This document shows, in pieces, positions 37,103 to 52,249 of a DNA stretch of 64,000 bases (positions within the stretch are counted from its first letter, which is position 1; every line of letters starts with the position of its first letter). The notes under the pieces are model-generated. The model searched no databases, was not told the DNA's origin, and was given only the letters and a program-made list of their open reading frames with translations. The position numbers and the translations under genes were made by a program. Origin of the DNA: Octopus sinensis (Eukaryota); NCBI RefSeq assembly GCF_006345805.1, contig NC_043012.1, positions 41,168,001 through 41,232,000 of the forward strand, read 5' to 3'.

Positions 37103-39102
37103 AAATAAGCTAATGCAGCACGACCGTTTCAAGCGGCTCCATATAATTGAACAATGCAATCATTACATTACTTTAAATGTGTCTATTTTGAATAAAGGAC
37201 AAGATTGGGTTGACAGCTCATGGCTAGGTATGGTCATAAATATCATCATATGTATCTCTTTTCCTAATATATATATAAATATCAAAAGGCGCTTCCTGGC
37301 ATTGTTGTAGCTTTTCAAATGAAACGACACCAGTGGCTAGACTGGTAGGCCAACATTGACCGTGTTGGAGCACACGATTATCGCAATTTTCCGCCATTTA
37401 TACACCATCGTGAAATGAAATATATTGCTTAAGAACACAACGCACCACTGGTCTGCGAATCGAAACCACGATCGCAGGTTCGTAGGTTCAACACACTAAC
37501 TACAGGGCCAAAAGCGATATTATGGTCTATACAATAATAAGCGATAAACACACACACAAACCCACCAACACACACATTCGTACTGGAAAAGCTTTCCTTT
37601 TACGAATGCTTTATTGAATACACGACCATGTTAAGTCTTATCCTTTCTATGTTATATTTTCTTTTCCTTATTGGCTTTTTACAGTTGGTTTGGAACAATA
37701 GAGTCCCTTTTCCATAACCGACGTTTCTAGACCTTCACCGCCTCATTATCAGGAATAAACTTTGATATATTAGGCCCTCGAGTTGTTTCTTATATACTGG
37801 TTGAATTAGTGCAAATTTCCTTTATGTATAAGCAGTTGCGTGCTGATACCAAATATTAGATATTAAAATGTGAAATGTGAATTATTAGATATTTGATATG
37901 AGATTAGTGTGATATCTGATATACTTAATACAAAAATGAGAATTCTCAAACGTAAAATATGAAAGTTGTAATGTCAAATATATCGAAACTGCTCCAAACA
38001 AAATTACTAATTTACTATATTTTAAGTGGGAGCGTTTCTATTCTTTTAAACTTTAATGTAAATATTTTTATTTCAGCTTCGCTCCATTTTTATTTCATTT
38101 TATTCACCCATTCTTAAATTAACAATGCTTATTCAGAACCAACAATAACAACACGCCCTAACGTCTAATTTAGTTTCGAGGAAAGAAATTTAGCAATGAA
38201 TACAGAGTGTGCATTGTTTTCGTTTTATTATGAAAGTTCCAGACCTTTTAGGTGACAAGCATTGTGACAGCGGAATAATTGAGTGAAATGCAATGGAAGT
38301 TGAAATATTTGATTATTAGGAAAGACAAAAGAAAAGAAAAGAAAATGCCAATTGCCAAAGACACTACAACACCAAAATATATTGGCGTATTTAGTTCTGG
38401 TAGTGTACGACTTTACTTCAAAACAGGAGTCGACTGATCTTTTACAATTCTGTGATCGGAAAAAAAAACCCCAACAATATACAAGTACTGGGATTGAAAT
38501 AATCGATATGATATATCTCTGTTAGGATTCTTTTCTTTTCCAAAAGTCTAATGCCGCTAAGCATTTCGTCCAGCGTGCTAACAATTCTGTCAGCTCGCCG
38601 CTGCCTTCAATAGTAATAAAATAATAATAAAAATAATAATAATAATATAATAAAAATAATATGAATGATTATGATGATGACGACACGATGATGATGACTG
38701 ATGACGATGATGATGATGATGATGATTACGATGATGATGATGATATGATGACGATGATGATGATGATGATGATGAGATGACGAATGATGATGATGATGAT
38801 GATGATGATAAAATTTGTGCTGCCAACTCCGTTTTATTTTGAATTGTGGTAATTTAAAGGTGACGGGGAAACAAGGGCAAAGACGGGGTTAATAAAAATA
38901 GGGATAGGCAGTTCTAGTAGGTCTGATGTCAGGAAAAAAACGATAGAATAGAAGGGTTTTGACAGGCATTTTCATTGTTATCGTTTAGTCCACCCAGAGG
39001 TGGGTGCAATTTTCCTGACATTTTTAAGGGTATCTGAAACTCAGACCGGAAACCTCACCCGAATGATTATAACAAAGAGAATTTCATTAAATGAATTCAA
39101 AG

Positions 39103-39435
39103 GCCAGGTGGTGGTGTTGTTGGTGATGGTGATGGTGGTGATGGTGGTGATGGTGGTGATGGTAGTGGTGGTGATGGTGGGGTGGTGGTGGTGGTGGTGA
39201 TGGTAGTGGTGGTGATGGTGGTGTGATGGTGGTGGTGGTGGTGAGTGGTGGTGGTAGTGGTGGTGGCGGTGGCGGCAGCAGCGATGGTGGTGAGGATGGC
39301 GGTGGTGGCGATGATGGTAGTGGTGCTGGTGGTAGTGGTGATGGTGGCGAGGATAGCGGTAGTGGTGGTAGTATTGGTGGTGGTGGTGGTAATGGTGGGA
39401 GTAGTGATGGCGATGGTGGTGGTGGTGGTGGTGTT
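39103..39435 (+). repeat. (GGT/GAT)n G-rich degenerate trinucleotide repeat
   Basis: Direct reading; gives spurious poly-Gly/His/Pro ORFs. Confidence 0.9.
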
Positions 39436-39934
39436 ACACCTAACAACAAATGTTTAAGTTTATGACACATGAACAGGAAGTGTTCGTATGATGCGCTTCC
39501 ACGCAGGTTCCATCTTTCAAACTGCATTGGGGAGGCTTTGAACAGCCCGAGGCTGTAGGGAGAGATACTTGCTCGGACCGCCCTGCATCGAAATCGAACC
39601 GGAAATTACGCATTTCTGATTGAAGCTTTTTAACCTCAAAGCCAAGCTTGTAGACTACACGACTTTTGAAATGGTGGGAAAGAAGGAGAGGACACAGAGA
39701 GGAGAAACGATGCACGCGCGCGCACACAATCTCGCAGGTACGCATACACATGCACTCACACTTACACACCCACACCCACACATTTATAGATATGAATCTA
39801 TGTATCTATGTTATATATATATATACATAGATATATGCATGTATGTCTGTATTATATATGTATATATATATATAATATATATATATTATATATATATACA
39901 TATATATATATATACACACACACACACACCACAT

Positions 39935-39974
<40 letters not shown>

Positions 39975-40134
39975 TATATATTATATATATATGGATGTAT
40001 ATATATAATATATATATTATATATTATATAAATAATAGTATCCCAATGACATGTCAATTATTTATGCAGACGGATGTATATGATTGCATATGTACATTGG
40101 AGTGAATAGATATGGTGAGGTTCTCATTGTTGTG

Positions 40135-40215
<81 letters not shown>

Positions 40216-40238
40216 TATATATATAAATATATTATATA

Positions 40239-40292
<54 letters not shown>

Positions 40293-40519
40293 TATATATA
40301 TATATATATATATATAGATATATATATATATAATATAGATATATTGATATAATACCATATATATGTGGGGAGATATATTGAAGAACATATAAGTATGTAC
40401 TATATATATATATATATATACATATAAATGGTTGTGTCAGTGCAGATATGCACGTCCATGCATACACATGCACATACGCCTTCACATACGAATATATGTT
40501 TATAACGATGTGCTTACAG

Positions 40520-40716
40520 TTACATAATTAAGTGAAGTTGCTATATGTGTCTAATATGGAGGTGTTGACCCCTTTCTTTAAGTGGTGCATCAATTGTATT
40601 GTTTGTATTGCAATTAACTCGATCATTGGCAAGTTCAGCATCCTTGCCAACCCCCGAACCCAACGCATAAATGTTATTCTTGTCCGCCAAATTCATATCC
40701 GTGTTTCTTTAGTCAC
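40520..40716 (+). CDS. Candidate signal-peptide exon, possibly the 5' coding exon of the ITIH-like gene
   Basis: Acceptor tgcttacag; ATG 40556 MEVLTPFFKWCINCIVCIAINSIIGKFSILA-NPRTQRINVILVRQIHIRVSLVT; weak donor gtagtt. The end resembles the VIT N-terminus only loosely. Confidence 0.2.
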
Positions 40717-40775
40717 GTAGTTAAGAATCGGTGTATGTATACAGGTGTGAATGTGTCTATAAGTGCAAGTACTAA

Positions 40776-41007
40776 GGGCGGCGATCTGGCAGAAACGTTA
40801 GCACACCGGGCAAAATGCTTAGCGGTATTTCGTCTGTCGTTACGTTCTGAGTTCAAATTCCGCCGAGGTCGACTTTGCCTTTCATCTTTTCGGGGTCGAT
40901 AAATTAAGTACCAGTTACGCACTGAGGTCTATATAATCGACTTAATCCCTTTGTCTGTCCTTGATTGTCCCTTCTATGTTTAGCCCCTTGTGGGTTGTAA
41001 AGAAATA
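40776..41007 (+). mobile_element. Family A SINE, full length, 12-bp TSD
   Basis: TATAAGTGCAAG at 40758-40769 and 41008-41019; tail ends TAGCCCCTTGTGGGTTGTAAAGAAATA. Confidence 0.9.
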
Positions 41008-41624
41008 TATAAGTGCAAGCTTTATGACAAACCTGTGTAATTACATCACTGACAGGCAAAGCCAGTCACCTTCACGCCAACGGAAATACATTAATTTAAC
41101 CCTCGGCCATCATGTCACTCTGTCTTCTTACTTTTCTACCATTAACGTTTTCTGGTCTTCTAAAGTTGCCCACTTTGTGTGATGTCTTCTTTCAAATTCG
41201 CTCAAATCAAATGAGAGCTTGAACGATCAGGCGTAAACTGGTGCGAAACGACAGCACAAACTCCTGCACCTCCTGCAATCCCTTTTGTGTGCCACTCCTT
41301 TTAAACGATGGCAGTTGTAATCACATGAAAAATGAGCGAGCTTCTACGCATTGTTCAATGCTAGACAGAGCAGCCATATGTTCACGTGATGTACTCCTCA
41401 CATCTACAACAATGGTTATCACTGCTTTATTAGTCTTTGTGTTTAAGGGATAAATACCCGAGTAACATTTGTTCCTTAGCAGAGTATTTCTTCTCAAGGG
41501 CTTTCTTTTACTTGTTTCAGTCATTTGAGTGCGGCCAGGCTGGAGCACCGCCTTTAGTCGAGCTAATCGACCCCAGGAATTATTCTTTATATGACTAGTA
41601 CTTATTCTATCGGTCTGAGATTTC

Positions 41625-42215
41625 TTGGGCAGAGTCTAGTCGTCCACATCGACCCCAGTGTACGACTGGTACTTTTATCGACGACAAAAGGATGAAAGGT
41701 ACAATCGACCCTAGGGGAATTTGAACTCAAGGGGTTATGCCAGAATAAATACGCTAAGCTTTATGTTAGGCATCCTAGCAATACTGACAACTCGGCGTTG
41801 CGATGGCAGAATCGTTAGCACGCTCTCCAACATGCTTAGCGGCATTTCGGAGCTCTGGGTTAAAATTCCGCCGAGGTCGACTTATCCCTAGATCCTTTCA
41901 AGGTTAACAAAATAAGTGCCAGATGAGCTCTGGGGTCAACCTAATCGACTAGGACCCTCCCCTTAAATTTATGGGCTTGTGCCTGTTGTAGAAAAGTTTA
42001 TTTAAGTGACATAGGATGGTGAGCTGTCACAATTGTGAGAGCGTCGAACAAAATGCTTAGCGGCATTTCTGCTTTTTTATATTCTTGCCGAGGTCAACTT
42101 TGCTTTTCATAATTTCGGGGTCAATAAAATTAGTGCCAGTCGAGCATTGGGGTTGATATCACCAACTAGCCCCTCTCCTCAAGTTTCGGGCGTTTTGAGT
42201 ATAGCTGAAAGGAAT
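41625..42215. mobile_element. Cluster of three degenerate family A SINEs (one minus, two plus)
   Basis: Repeated head, B box and GTCGAC body motifs. Confidence 0.7.
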
Positions 42216-42280
42216 ACACTGTCTAGCACTTACTTTACTCAATGCGTTCATCTTTTTGTAAAACAGAACGGTATGATTTG

Positions 42281-42380
42281 NNNNNNNNNNNNNNNNNNNN
42301 NNNNNNNNNNNNNNNNNNNNNNNNNNNNNNNNNNNNNNNNNNNNNNNNNNNNNNNNNNNNNNNNNNNNNNNNNNNNNNNN
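42281..42380. other. Assembly gap (100 N)
   Basis: Direct reading. Confidence 1.
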
Positions 42381-42650
42381 ACTATTTAGAAGATATAGGA
42401 AATATTTGTCTTGTAAATATGCGTTTATTTTTGTCGCGCACGTCACACCAGGCAAATAGAATTTGTAACTACAGACTGTTGTCCAGCGAATTCATTTCCG
42501 TATTTTGGAAATTCAAAGGTTAATATATAAGTAAACACGATGAGGCTCTGAAAAAATTAAGAAGAATTGGCAGATATGTTTCCAGGTGATAAAGATGATC
42601 TTGTGCGTTCACGTCACACCGTTTCGGGGCCACTTTAAACTTATTTAACA

Positions 42651-43042
42651 TGCAGGAGTGGCGCAGGAGTGGCTGTGTGGTAAGTAGCTACTTAAACACA
42701 CACATGGTTCCGGGTTCAGTCCCACTTGTGGCATCTTGGCAAGTGTCTTCTACTATAGCCTCGGGCCGACAAAAGCCTGTGAGTAGATTTGGTAGACGGA
42801 AACTGAAGGAAGCCCGTCGTATAATGTATATATATATACTATATATATATATACTTTTATTTTTTTACTTGTTTCAGTTTGTGAAGCGGCCATGCTGGAG
42901 CAGCGCCTTCAGTCGAACAAATATCCATCCAGGGACTTTTCTTGTAAGCGTTAGTACTTTTTCTATCGGTTTCTTTTGCCGAACTACTAAGTTACGGGGA
43001 TGTAAAAACATCTGCATCGCTTGTCAACACACAAATACATAC

Positions 43043-43102
<60 letters not shown>

Positions 43103-43253
43103 CCGATGGGCTTCTATCAGTTTCCGTCCGCCAGATAACGCTCACAAGGCTTTGGTCGGCCCGAGACATTAGCGGAAGACACTTGCCCAAGGTGCTACAG
43201 AGTGGGACTGAACCTGGACCCATGTGGTTGGAAAGCAAGCTTCTTACCACACA
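42651..43253. mobile_element. Two tail-to-tail family C SINEs (42651-42822 plus; 42855-43253 minus)
   Basis: Family C head, core and tail motifs. Confidence 0.8.
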
Positions 43254-43404
43254 GTTATTCTGTCGCCTATACACACACACACACACACAAACATATATAT
43301 CTACACTAAATTTGTATAAAAGTGAAAGAAAACGTAATATCCCATCCAAAAAATAAAAGTAGTTCAAAAGATCAAGCGATATCAATTAGAATATGGCTGG
43401 GGGA

Positions 43405-43790
43405 TACCAGTTTACCCCAAGTAGCCACCTTCAGCTTCCACCACAACCTTAAGTTGGCTCGGAGAATTAGGGGGCAGGAAAATAGGGCTGTGAGGTTGTA
43501 GAAATTCTCTGGCCACCGCTCTTGGCTTCTTCCGGAAGTATAGCAAAGGGCCGAATCCTGCTGCCAGACATTTGCCCTTTTAGCTACAACTCTCTCAAGC
43601 TAGGATTTGACCACTGTCTCCAGCAGCAGCTTCTCATAGCCGACGGAATTGTGCTGAAGATCCTGTTCAAAAGTGTGGAGTGGCATGACGTTACCCTTAT
43701 TGGAGAAACACCCAGTGACCAACACACTTTGGGGGAACTTCATTTTCATGCTGTCCACGTCACATATTACAACCTCTGCTTTCATCATAC
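43405..43790 (-). mobile_element. Second DD37D (maT) transposase relic, internally deleted
   Basis: MKFPQSVLVTGCFSNKGNVMPLHTF...VWQQDSALCYTSGRSQ...PNSP...LKVVVEAEGGYLG* parallels the 6670-7440 element. Confidence 0.75.
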
Positions 43791-44013
43791 TCGGCTCAAG
43801 TCGTCGTAATATCAGTAAGATCTTTCCAGTTTTCTGATGGCTTCCAGCCCTCGATGTCAGTTAATTTTTTCTCGACCACAGCGTTAAAATTTATGGCTTC
43901 CCAACGTCATTGACCGTTCAGCAATCCGTTGAGTCATTCTTGAAAAGGAAGAGGCATCGTCAAATTTAGCCCGAACACCGTCTACGTATATGTACATACA
44001 CAACACACACATA

Positions 44014-44049
<36 letters not shown>

Positions 44050-44059
44050 GTAAATAAAA

Positions 44060-44235
44060 ACGAAGAACAAACACAAAAAACAACAACGCGAGGACGTGGT
44101 ACATGTAAAGTATTAGCAGGCGTTCAGCGAAGGAAAGAAAGATGGTTTAACATTTCAAGCAGATGCTCTTCTTCAGAAACAGAGGAAAGTCCAATAGAAA
44201 AGGAAGGCGGAGGAAAAAAAATCGCCAACGATTCA
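44060..44235 (-). mobile_element. Penelope-like terminal repeat fragment with decayed hammerhead motif
   Basis: Inverted homolog of 52250-52430; GTTTCTGAAGAAGAGCATCTGCTTGAAATGTTAAAC. Confidence 0.55.
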
Positions 44236-44257
44236 CATGTTACATTTTTGTGGTTAC

Positions 44258-44290
<33 letters not shown>

Positions 44291-44659
44291 GTGTGTGTGT
44301 GGTGTGTGTGTGTGTGTGTGTGTGTGTATTACACAAAAAATGAGAGTACTCGGCATATATAATAGGTTAAAGGAAATAGATACGATACTTGGAGCGGTCG
44401 CGTCGCAATAGCGTCTGTTTATTGCCATTCTTTTAGAAGTAGCATCAATGTCTAAGAAGTGGACCTACTGGTACTCAAACACCAGTTGACTTCCACCGTG
44501 TACACACACAGAAACACACAATTACACCCACCCGCACACGCATGCAAACGTAATTATGAGGATGACCGTAAGTGCAGAAGATATACCGGAAGTTACAAAT
44601 ATACATATATATATAATATATATATACATATATATATATATCGTGTGTGTGTGTGTGTG

Positions 44660-44719
<60 letters not shown>

Positions 44720-45477
44720 ATATGTATGTGTACGCACACACACACACATATATATGACATTGGTGATTAATCCAGTGTATTTACGTCAACTTCTCAATAT
44801 GTCTAATATACTTGTCGCAGAATGTCGTCTGCTCAAGTGGTATTACTACTTAAAGGTCCTTGAAATTTCTGAAACGTATGCATTCATGGATGTATGTTTT
44901 ATGTATACATAAATTACAAATTAAAAGCAGCTCAAGCAATGTAAACATTATTGACCGCACATACATAGTGTGTAAGTTCTGTTTATACACCAAAATTTAC
45001 TGCGGGACAGTATTCGGAGAAAACTCCCTACAAAATGCTGAGTGTTAACCTCTTAACATACACATCGTTTTTTACAATTTCCTTGCTAAGAGTATCACAT
45101 TTTAAAAATTATTTATTTTAAATCTGTATATAAAGCAGAATAGGTACGCAAATTATTTTGGATCAGTTATGAATTATTATGAAATTACTGATAGAAATGA
45201 TAGCTACCGATAATTATGGATAGACAACGGGAATAACATCATGAAGGGGGTATTTCAGGTTAGAAATAAGTGACAAATACCTCAGAGTACAGCGAATGTA
45301 TGCGTTCATTCAAATATATCTCAAAATATATCTCTGAGTGAAAACGTAAGGGATATTATGTTAAAAGGTTAAAGAACTCTTGAGATTCTCAGACCAGGAA
45401 AGACACATGAATACATACACAGATGCATATGTGCAGCTGTGTGCATCTCTCTCTCTCTCTGTATATATATATATATC

Positions 45478-45520
<43 letters not shown>

Positions 45521-46117
45521 TTTATATATATGTATATGCTTTTATTATTTTACATGTTTCAGTCATTGACCCGCCGTCATGCTGGAGCACTATCTTTAGT
45601 AGAACAAATCAACCCCAGGACTTATTCTTTGTAAGCCTAGTACTTATTCTATCGGTTGTCAAGCGACGATAGGGAGGGGTAACGAATATATAATATAATA
45701 TATAATAAATATATATATATATATATATATAGATAGATAGATAGATGGATAGATAGATATATAGCGGACTTCTATATATGGCGGGCTTCTTTCAGTTTCT
45801 GTTACCAAAATCCACTGACATGGCTCTGGTCGCCCCGAGGCTATAGTAGAAGACACTTGCCCAAGCTTCATACCACGCAGCCGCCCCTGCACATATACAT
45901 ATACACGACGATCTTCTTTCAGTTTCCGTCCACCAAATCCACTCACAAGGCCCTAGTTAGCGCCTGGCTGGAGTAAAGGACATTTGACCTAAGTGCGACT
46001 CAGTCAGACTGAACCTGGATGCCTGTGGTTGGGAAGAAGACTTCTTATGCAGACACGCCTTGGTCTTGCGTCTACATCCAAAGGGAAATATGCCGTTCTC
46101 TCTCTCTCCCTCTCTCT

Positions 46118-46196
<79 letters not shown>

Positions 46197-46226
46197 TACA
46201 CACACATATATATATATATATGTATA

Positions 46227-46728
46227 TCATTTCATGCTACTTCATTTTATTAAACACCGAAGTATTACATCAGTTTTAAAATGTTGAGCAATCTTCAGCC
46301 ACGCAAAGAATTTTAAAAATTAAATGGACAATGTACATTTTTATACTTATTTGCCAACATTATAAAGAGAGTAGATATATAGACAGAGAGGTTAATTTCA
46401 TCATTAAGAACATGATGGTAGTATGTCCTTCTCCATCCGAAAATTTTTTTTTATCCTGAGTCAACTTTGCTATTAAGATCTTAAATAGCAAAGTGAACTC
46501 AGGGATAAAAAAAAATTTTCGGATGGAGAAGGACATACTACCTTCTTAATGATGAAATTAACCTCTCTGTCTATATATCTACTCTCTTTATAATGTTGGC
46601 AAATAAGTATAAAAATGTACATTGTCCATTTAATTTTTAAAATTCTTTACGTGGCTGAAGATTGCTCAACATTTTAAAACTGATGAAAATACTTACAGTG
46701 TTTAATAAAATGAAGTAGCATGAAACGA
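46227..46728. repeat. ~500-bp near-perfect palindrome
   Basis: Arms of ~250 bp, centre TTAAGA|TCTTAA at 46478/46479, few mismatches and one 6-bp indel. Confidence 0.92.
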
Positions 46729-47061
46729 TTGTACTACACTACCTTGGATATCCTTGTTGCTTATTTTGATTATAATCACCCCATTCAATTTATATGGATA
46801 ATACCATACCAAATTCTTGTGCCTTTAACTTAAGTACCATATTCATCTGAATATATATATATATATATATATATATACGGCGTGTGGTCTGTGTGTTTGG
46901 GTATATGTGTATGTGTATATGTACGCACATATGCACGTGTGTATGTGTGTGTGTGCATGCGTGTGTTATAGCAACCACGCCAATAATCGGAATGTATGAA
47001 TCTGACACCATTTATTCAGTTAATGGCCTCGATGCTATCATGCCACACATATTCAGTGTAT

Positions 47062-47102
<41 letters not shown>

Positions 47103-47272
47103 GAGAGAGGAAACGAGGAAACTTTAAAATAGCCAAACGCACACACACACGCACGCAACACACGCATGACACACACATACACACGCATTATATTATATAT
47201 ATAATATATATATATATATAATATAATATATATATATATATATATATTAAATATATATATATATATATATAC

Positions 47273-47357
<85 letters not shown>

Positions 47358-48201
47358 ATATATGTATATATATGTATTATATATATATATATATAATATA
47401 TATATATATATGTATGTACATGTATATTATGTATGTATGTATATATAGTAGCCAATATGAGAATAAAGTAATTTTGACAGAACGTGTAATAATTCATTTT
47501 TAGAAAAGGGGATCTCGAAGCCCACTAATCTCGAAACGATTGCTAGTATAGGGCTGGAAAACGTTTTGAGTTAAGACGAAGGACGCATTTTTCAATCCAG
47601 GGTCGTTTATTTTTTGCTTAATGTGCCTCAGGCTCCGCTGTCCCCCACAAGAAAGTGATATATAATATATGTGTGTGTGTGTGTGTGTGTGTGAATGTGT
47701 ATTTGTGCGTTTGTGTGTGTGTTTGTGTGTGTCTGCATGTGCATATACATACATACATTTGTATATATATATATATAATATATATAATATATATATGTAT
47801 GTATATAATAATAATAATCACTTGAGTTCTTTATATTAAAATCCAACGTCAGTTTTTTTTTCATGCTGCTTGTGTCGCTATGTGTGTATATACGTTCATG
47901 GGCATCTGTTTTAATGTGCGCCTGTCTATATATAGATATATATATACGCACAGACACACTTCAGTGTAATTTACAAAAACAACGAACATCTACTTAGTGC
48001 TGTTTCGGTGCGTGTGTACACTTATGGCCATAAGTGTCAACATTACAGTGTGTGCGTATTGATATTTATATGTGTGTGTGTGTGTATACTGGTATATATA
48101 AATATGTGGTGTATAAATAAATGTTCATTAAAAACACATTAACCTGCTATGCAGCTGTCTGCAATTGTACACCTTGCATCACTGCAGAATCTATCACTCT
48201 C

Positions 48202-48272
<71 letters not shown>

Positions 48273-48429
48273 TATATATGGGCGTGGTTTGCGTGTTAAG
48301 TAGCTTGCTTCCCAACCACGTAATTCCGGGTTCAGCCCCACGGTGCATAAACACACCTGTGCTTACGTCAAGAATGTGGCTAGCTAAATTAATGTGCTAT
48401 TAATTTAATGACTTATGTATTCTTTTCTA

Positions 48430-48640
48430 ATCTTGGCACAAGGGCCGAAGTTTTTCGGTGGGAGGGGACCAGTCGGTTAGATCGACCCCATTACGCAACT
48501 AGTTCTTAATTTATCGACCCCGAAAGGATGAAAGGCAAAGTCGACCTTGGCGAAATTTGAACTGAGAACGTAAAGACAGGCGAAATATTGCTAAATATTT
48601 CGTCCGGTGTGCTAACGCTTCTACCAGCTTGCCACCCTTT
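48430..48640 (-). mobile_element. Family A SINE (second tail type)
   Basis: Head, B box and body match family A. Confidence 0.8.
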
Positions 48641-49108
48641 AATGAATTATTATAACGTTGATGAGACACTTATGTGTGCGTGTGTGTGTGTGCATGTGTG
48701 TGTGTGTGTATGTGTGTGTGTGTGTGTGTGCGTGCGTGTGTGTGTGTGTGTGTGTGTGTTTGTTAGTGTGTTTTCAAGTGTATGCGTAATGCCATATATT
48801 TCAGAGTCTGTATGTCGAAACGTACGCTTAGCGTTTGAGTTACTCATTGTATTTCTATTTCGACGTTGTTTTTTTTTCTTTTCTAATTGTTTCCGCAGTT
48901 ATTTTATGATTAGTTCATTCTTACGCATTCTTACATCTTGAAAGAATGTCTTTAACGAGAAAAAAAAAAGAAGAACGAAAGAAACAACGAATAAGTGTGA
49001 AAGAAGAGAAGGATTTAAAGAAACAGAAATTCGATAGCCTTTATTGTGAAGTTTCTTTCTCTTCCTTTCACCTTTTTTCACCCACTCTCTCTCCTTCTCT
49101 CTCTTCCC

Positions 49109-49140
<32 letters not shown>

Positions 49141-49439
49141 TGATAGATAGATACGAGAGAGAAGAAGAAGATGATAGAGAAGAAGGAATAGATTGAGAGA
49201 TGGACACATAGATATCTGCGCGTGTGCTCACACACACATTTCACTACGATTGTTTTGACATCTCAAGACGACCCAGCGTAAAAATTATTATCGTCCAAAC
49301 TTTTTCATACAAGAATACGAAACTTTACACTGGCATTTTATATAAAGTACGCCATATGAATACTATCAACTTCATTCATACATACATATATACATGCATA
49401 AAGACAGACAGACAGACAGAGAGATAGACTGTCTTGAAA

Positions 49440-49830
49440 TAAACTTAGAAAATCCCTCACTTATGGAGTTCGTTCATAAAAAACCAAGTTGGGATATTCC
49501 CAACAAACCTATCAAATATAAATTGTTGTTTGGGACAGAGGGCCAAGTTATGTACCGTCATAGAGGTCAGCTGCTTTGCAGATATAAATATTTCTTTGAA
49601 AATCATAGAAAAAGAGGATATCCATGGAAAACTGCTTCGAAACCTCCAGCTTCTGCATGCAGACTATGAATTCATATTCATACCAATAAAAATTGGAGCA
49701 ATCGGGGTTTTTTTTGTGGTGAGTGATAAACAGGATTTTCAGAAAGAGAAATCGACCGGCTAATTCGTATATTACAACTGCAATCTGTGAGTGGAACTGT
49801 AAAAATGTGCAAGACTTTTCTCAAGTTCCA
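49440..49830 (+). pseudogene. 3' fragment of another RLE-type LINE
   Basis: KLCTVIEVSCFADINISLKIIEKE...LLRNLQLL...FIPIKIGAIG...LQLQSVSGTVKMCKTFLKF has the RLE C-terminus pattern. Confidence 0.65.
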
Positions 49831-50844
49831 CCGATGGAGCCTTGTATCTTTGTTGGAAACCGGCTCCAGAAGAGACATATATAGAAGAGACATACATAGA
49901 AGAGACATACATACACGTATATACATACATACACACATACACATACATACATACACACATACATACATACAAACATATAAAATTAGTGTAAATCATACAC
50001 AAAAGAGGTGACCCTAACAGGACTCCTTACATGCTAAAAGGAGCAGTCAAAGCCCAAACCACCGTTAAGAGTAATTTCGAAGGTGACGAAAGATAAAAAC
50101 ATTTTCAATAGTTACCACTTGTCCCTAGGTTTCGAACATTAATGAACAAACAGAATAATTCGCTATCTGTGTTCTCATCAGCAAGGGCGCTAATAATTAA
50201 CGTGTAATTATGGGACAAATAGACCGCACATGTCTCATCTTTATACATTATAATTTTTCAAATCCACTGCCCAAGCGCAGATATAATCAGCAGCTAGTAA
50301 AAATATATGTGCCAGCATTCATCAAAATTACGAAAATCATATTAAGAAAACATATTTAGGGTAGAAAAATTAGAGAAATTTTTCTACTAGTGACCAGCAT
50401 GCATAAAATAGTCAATGGACAACATACTTTTCATATAAAATTAGTGTCCATTTGAACACAAAAGAGGTGACTCTAACAGGACACCTTACATGTTATACAC
50501 ACTTCCACTTATATATTAGATATCTAGAGATAGTATATGGATATTCATGGAGACAGATAAGGGGACAGCAACCCTACACCTCCACCGCCTCACCGTACTT
50601 TTTATTTCTCTCACACTCTGGATTCTCCTTGTTTCTCCCAGTTTTTGTTGCTGTAGAAAACCATGGTTATATATATATATATATTTTTAAAATTCATTCT
50701 TTCTGTTTCTTCTCCCGCCCTGTCGAACTGTCCCCTCCCCACCGTCTCTCTTTCTCTACTATTTCTCGCTCTCTTCGTTCATTCACTATTTTACTGACTT
50801 TTTGTTTTTTTGTTTTTCGGCCTCTTTTCCTCCATTCTATCTCT

Positions 50845-51248
<404 letters not shown>

Positions 51249-51463
51249 CTTTCTTTTGCTTTTAATTTACTTTTTTTTTCCTCATTTGCTTTATATCTTT
51301 CTTCCTCTCCTCTTTTGTTTTAGCTTTCATTTCCTTCCATTCATCTTTCTGTCTTTCTCCCTCCTTCCGCCACCCCACCGCAACGATTTCCTCCTTCCCT
51401 AATTACCATTCCACATTTCTCAAAGAAGTTCTTTCATCTCGAGTCACTTAAGCTAATTATATT

Positions 51464-51504
<41 letters not shown>

Positions 51505-52249
51505 TTATCCAAACATCCTTAATCTCATATATACACATGTGTACATATACATGTACACGCACACTCCCATTCATACCTGCATATACATACATACATATAT
51601 ATGTATATATATGTCACACAAATACACACGTATATATGTATGTGTGTGTTTGTGTATGTGCGTGTATGCGTGTGTGTCTGTGTATGTGTGTCTGTGTGTG
51701 CATAGACGCGAATATACACACTGCCAATGGTGTATACAAGAAGCGATATGATGCATCGGTATTTCTTACTAAACGATAAAGTAAAAAGAGTAATTAAAAA
51801 ATTAAAGCCCGCTTCATTAGTTTTCCATCAAGTCCTTAAAACAACCCAGTTTCAATTCCCACGTGGAATCACTTCACTAACATGAGCGTCTTTAAGTGAC
51901 CTCGTAACTCATTAAAGCATGAACTTTTTAATCTTATGATTCTCAATGGGATCCAACTGACCTTTAGGGATCCATGGAAGATTTTACTGCTCAAATCCTC
52001 GCGCAATAAATTGGGAATATTTCTACAATAAACAAAATATTTTAACATTTTAAAATATAATTCCTAATAATGTTTAATTACAAATTAAATAGGTTCGGGC
52101 GTGGCTGTGTGGTAAGAAGCTTGCTTCCCAACCACATGCTTCTGGGTTCAGTCCCACTGCGTGACACCTTGCACAAATGTCTAACCAAAGCCTTGTGAGT
52201 GGTTTTGATGAACGGAAATTGAAAGAAGCCTGCTGTGACCGCGTGTGTA

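Noticed and set aside
39087-39527. Gly-, Pro- or His-rich ORFs
   Set aside because: Degenerate (GGT)n repeat with no splice or start context.
41020-41460. Cys-rich ORF with hydrophobic tail (plus) and a vWA-like phrase (minus)
   Set aside because: Short, with no continuous frame or recognisable domain; similarity too weak.
42381-42520. SRTSHQANRI...EFISVF as the missing VIT exon
   Set aside because: Only loose similarity, the available donor gives phase 1 rather than the required phase 2, and the segment borders an assembly gap.
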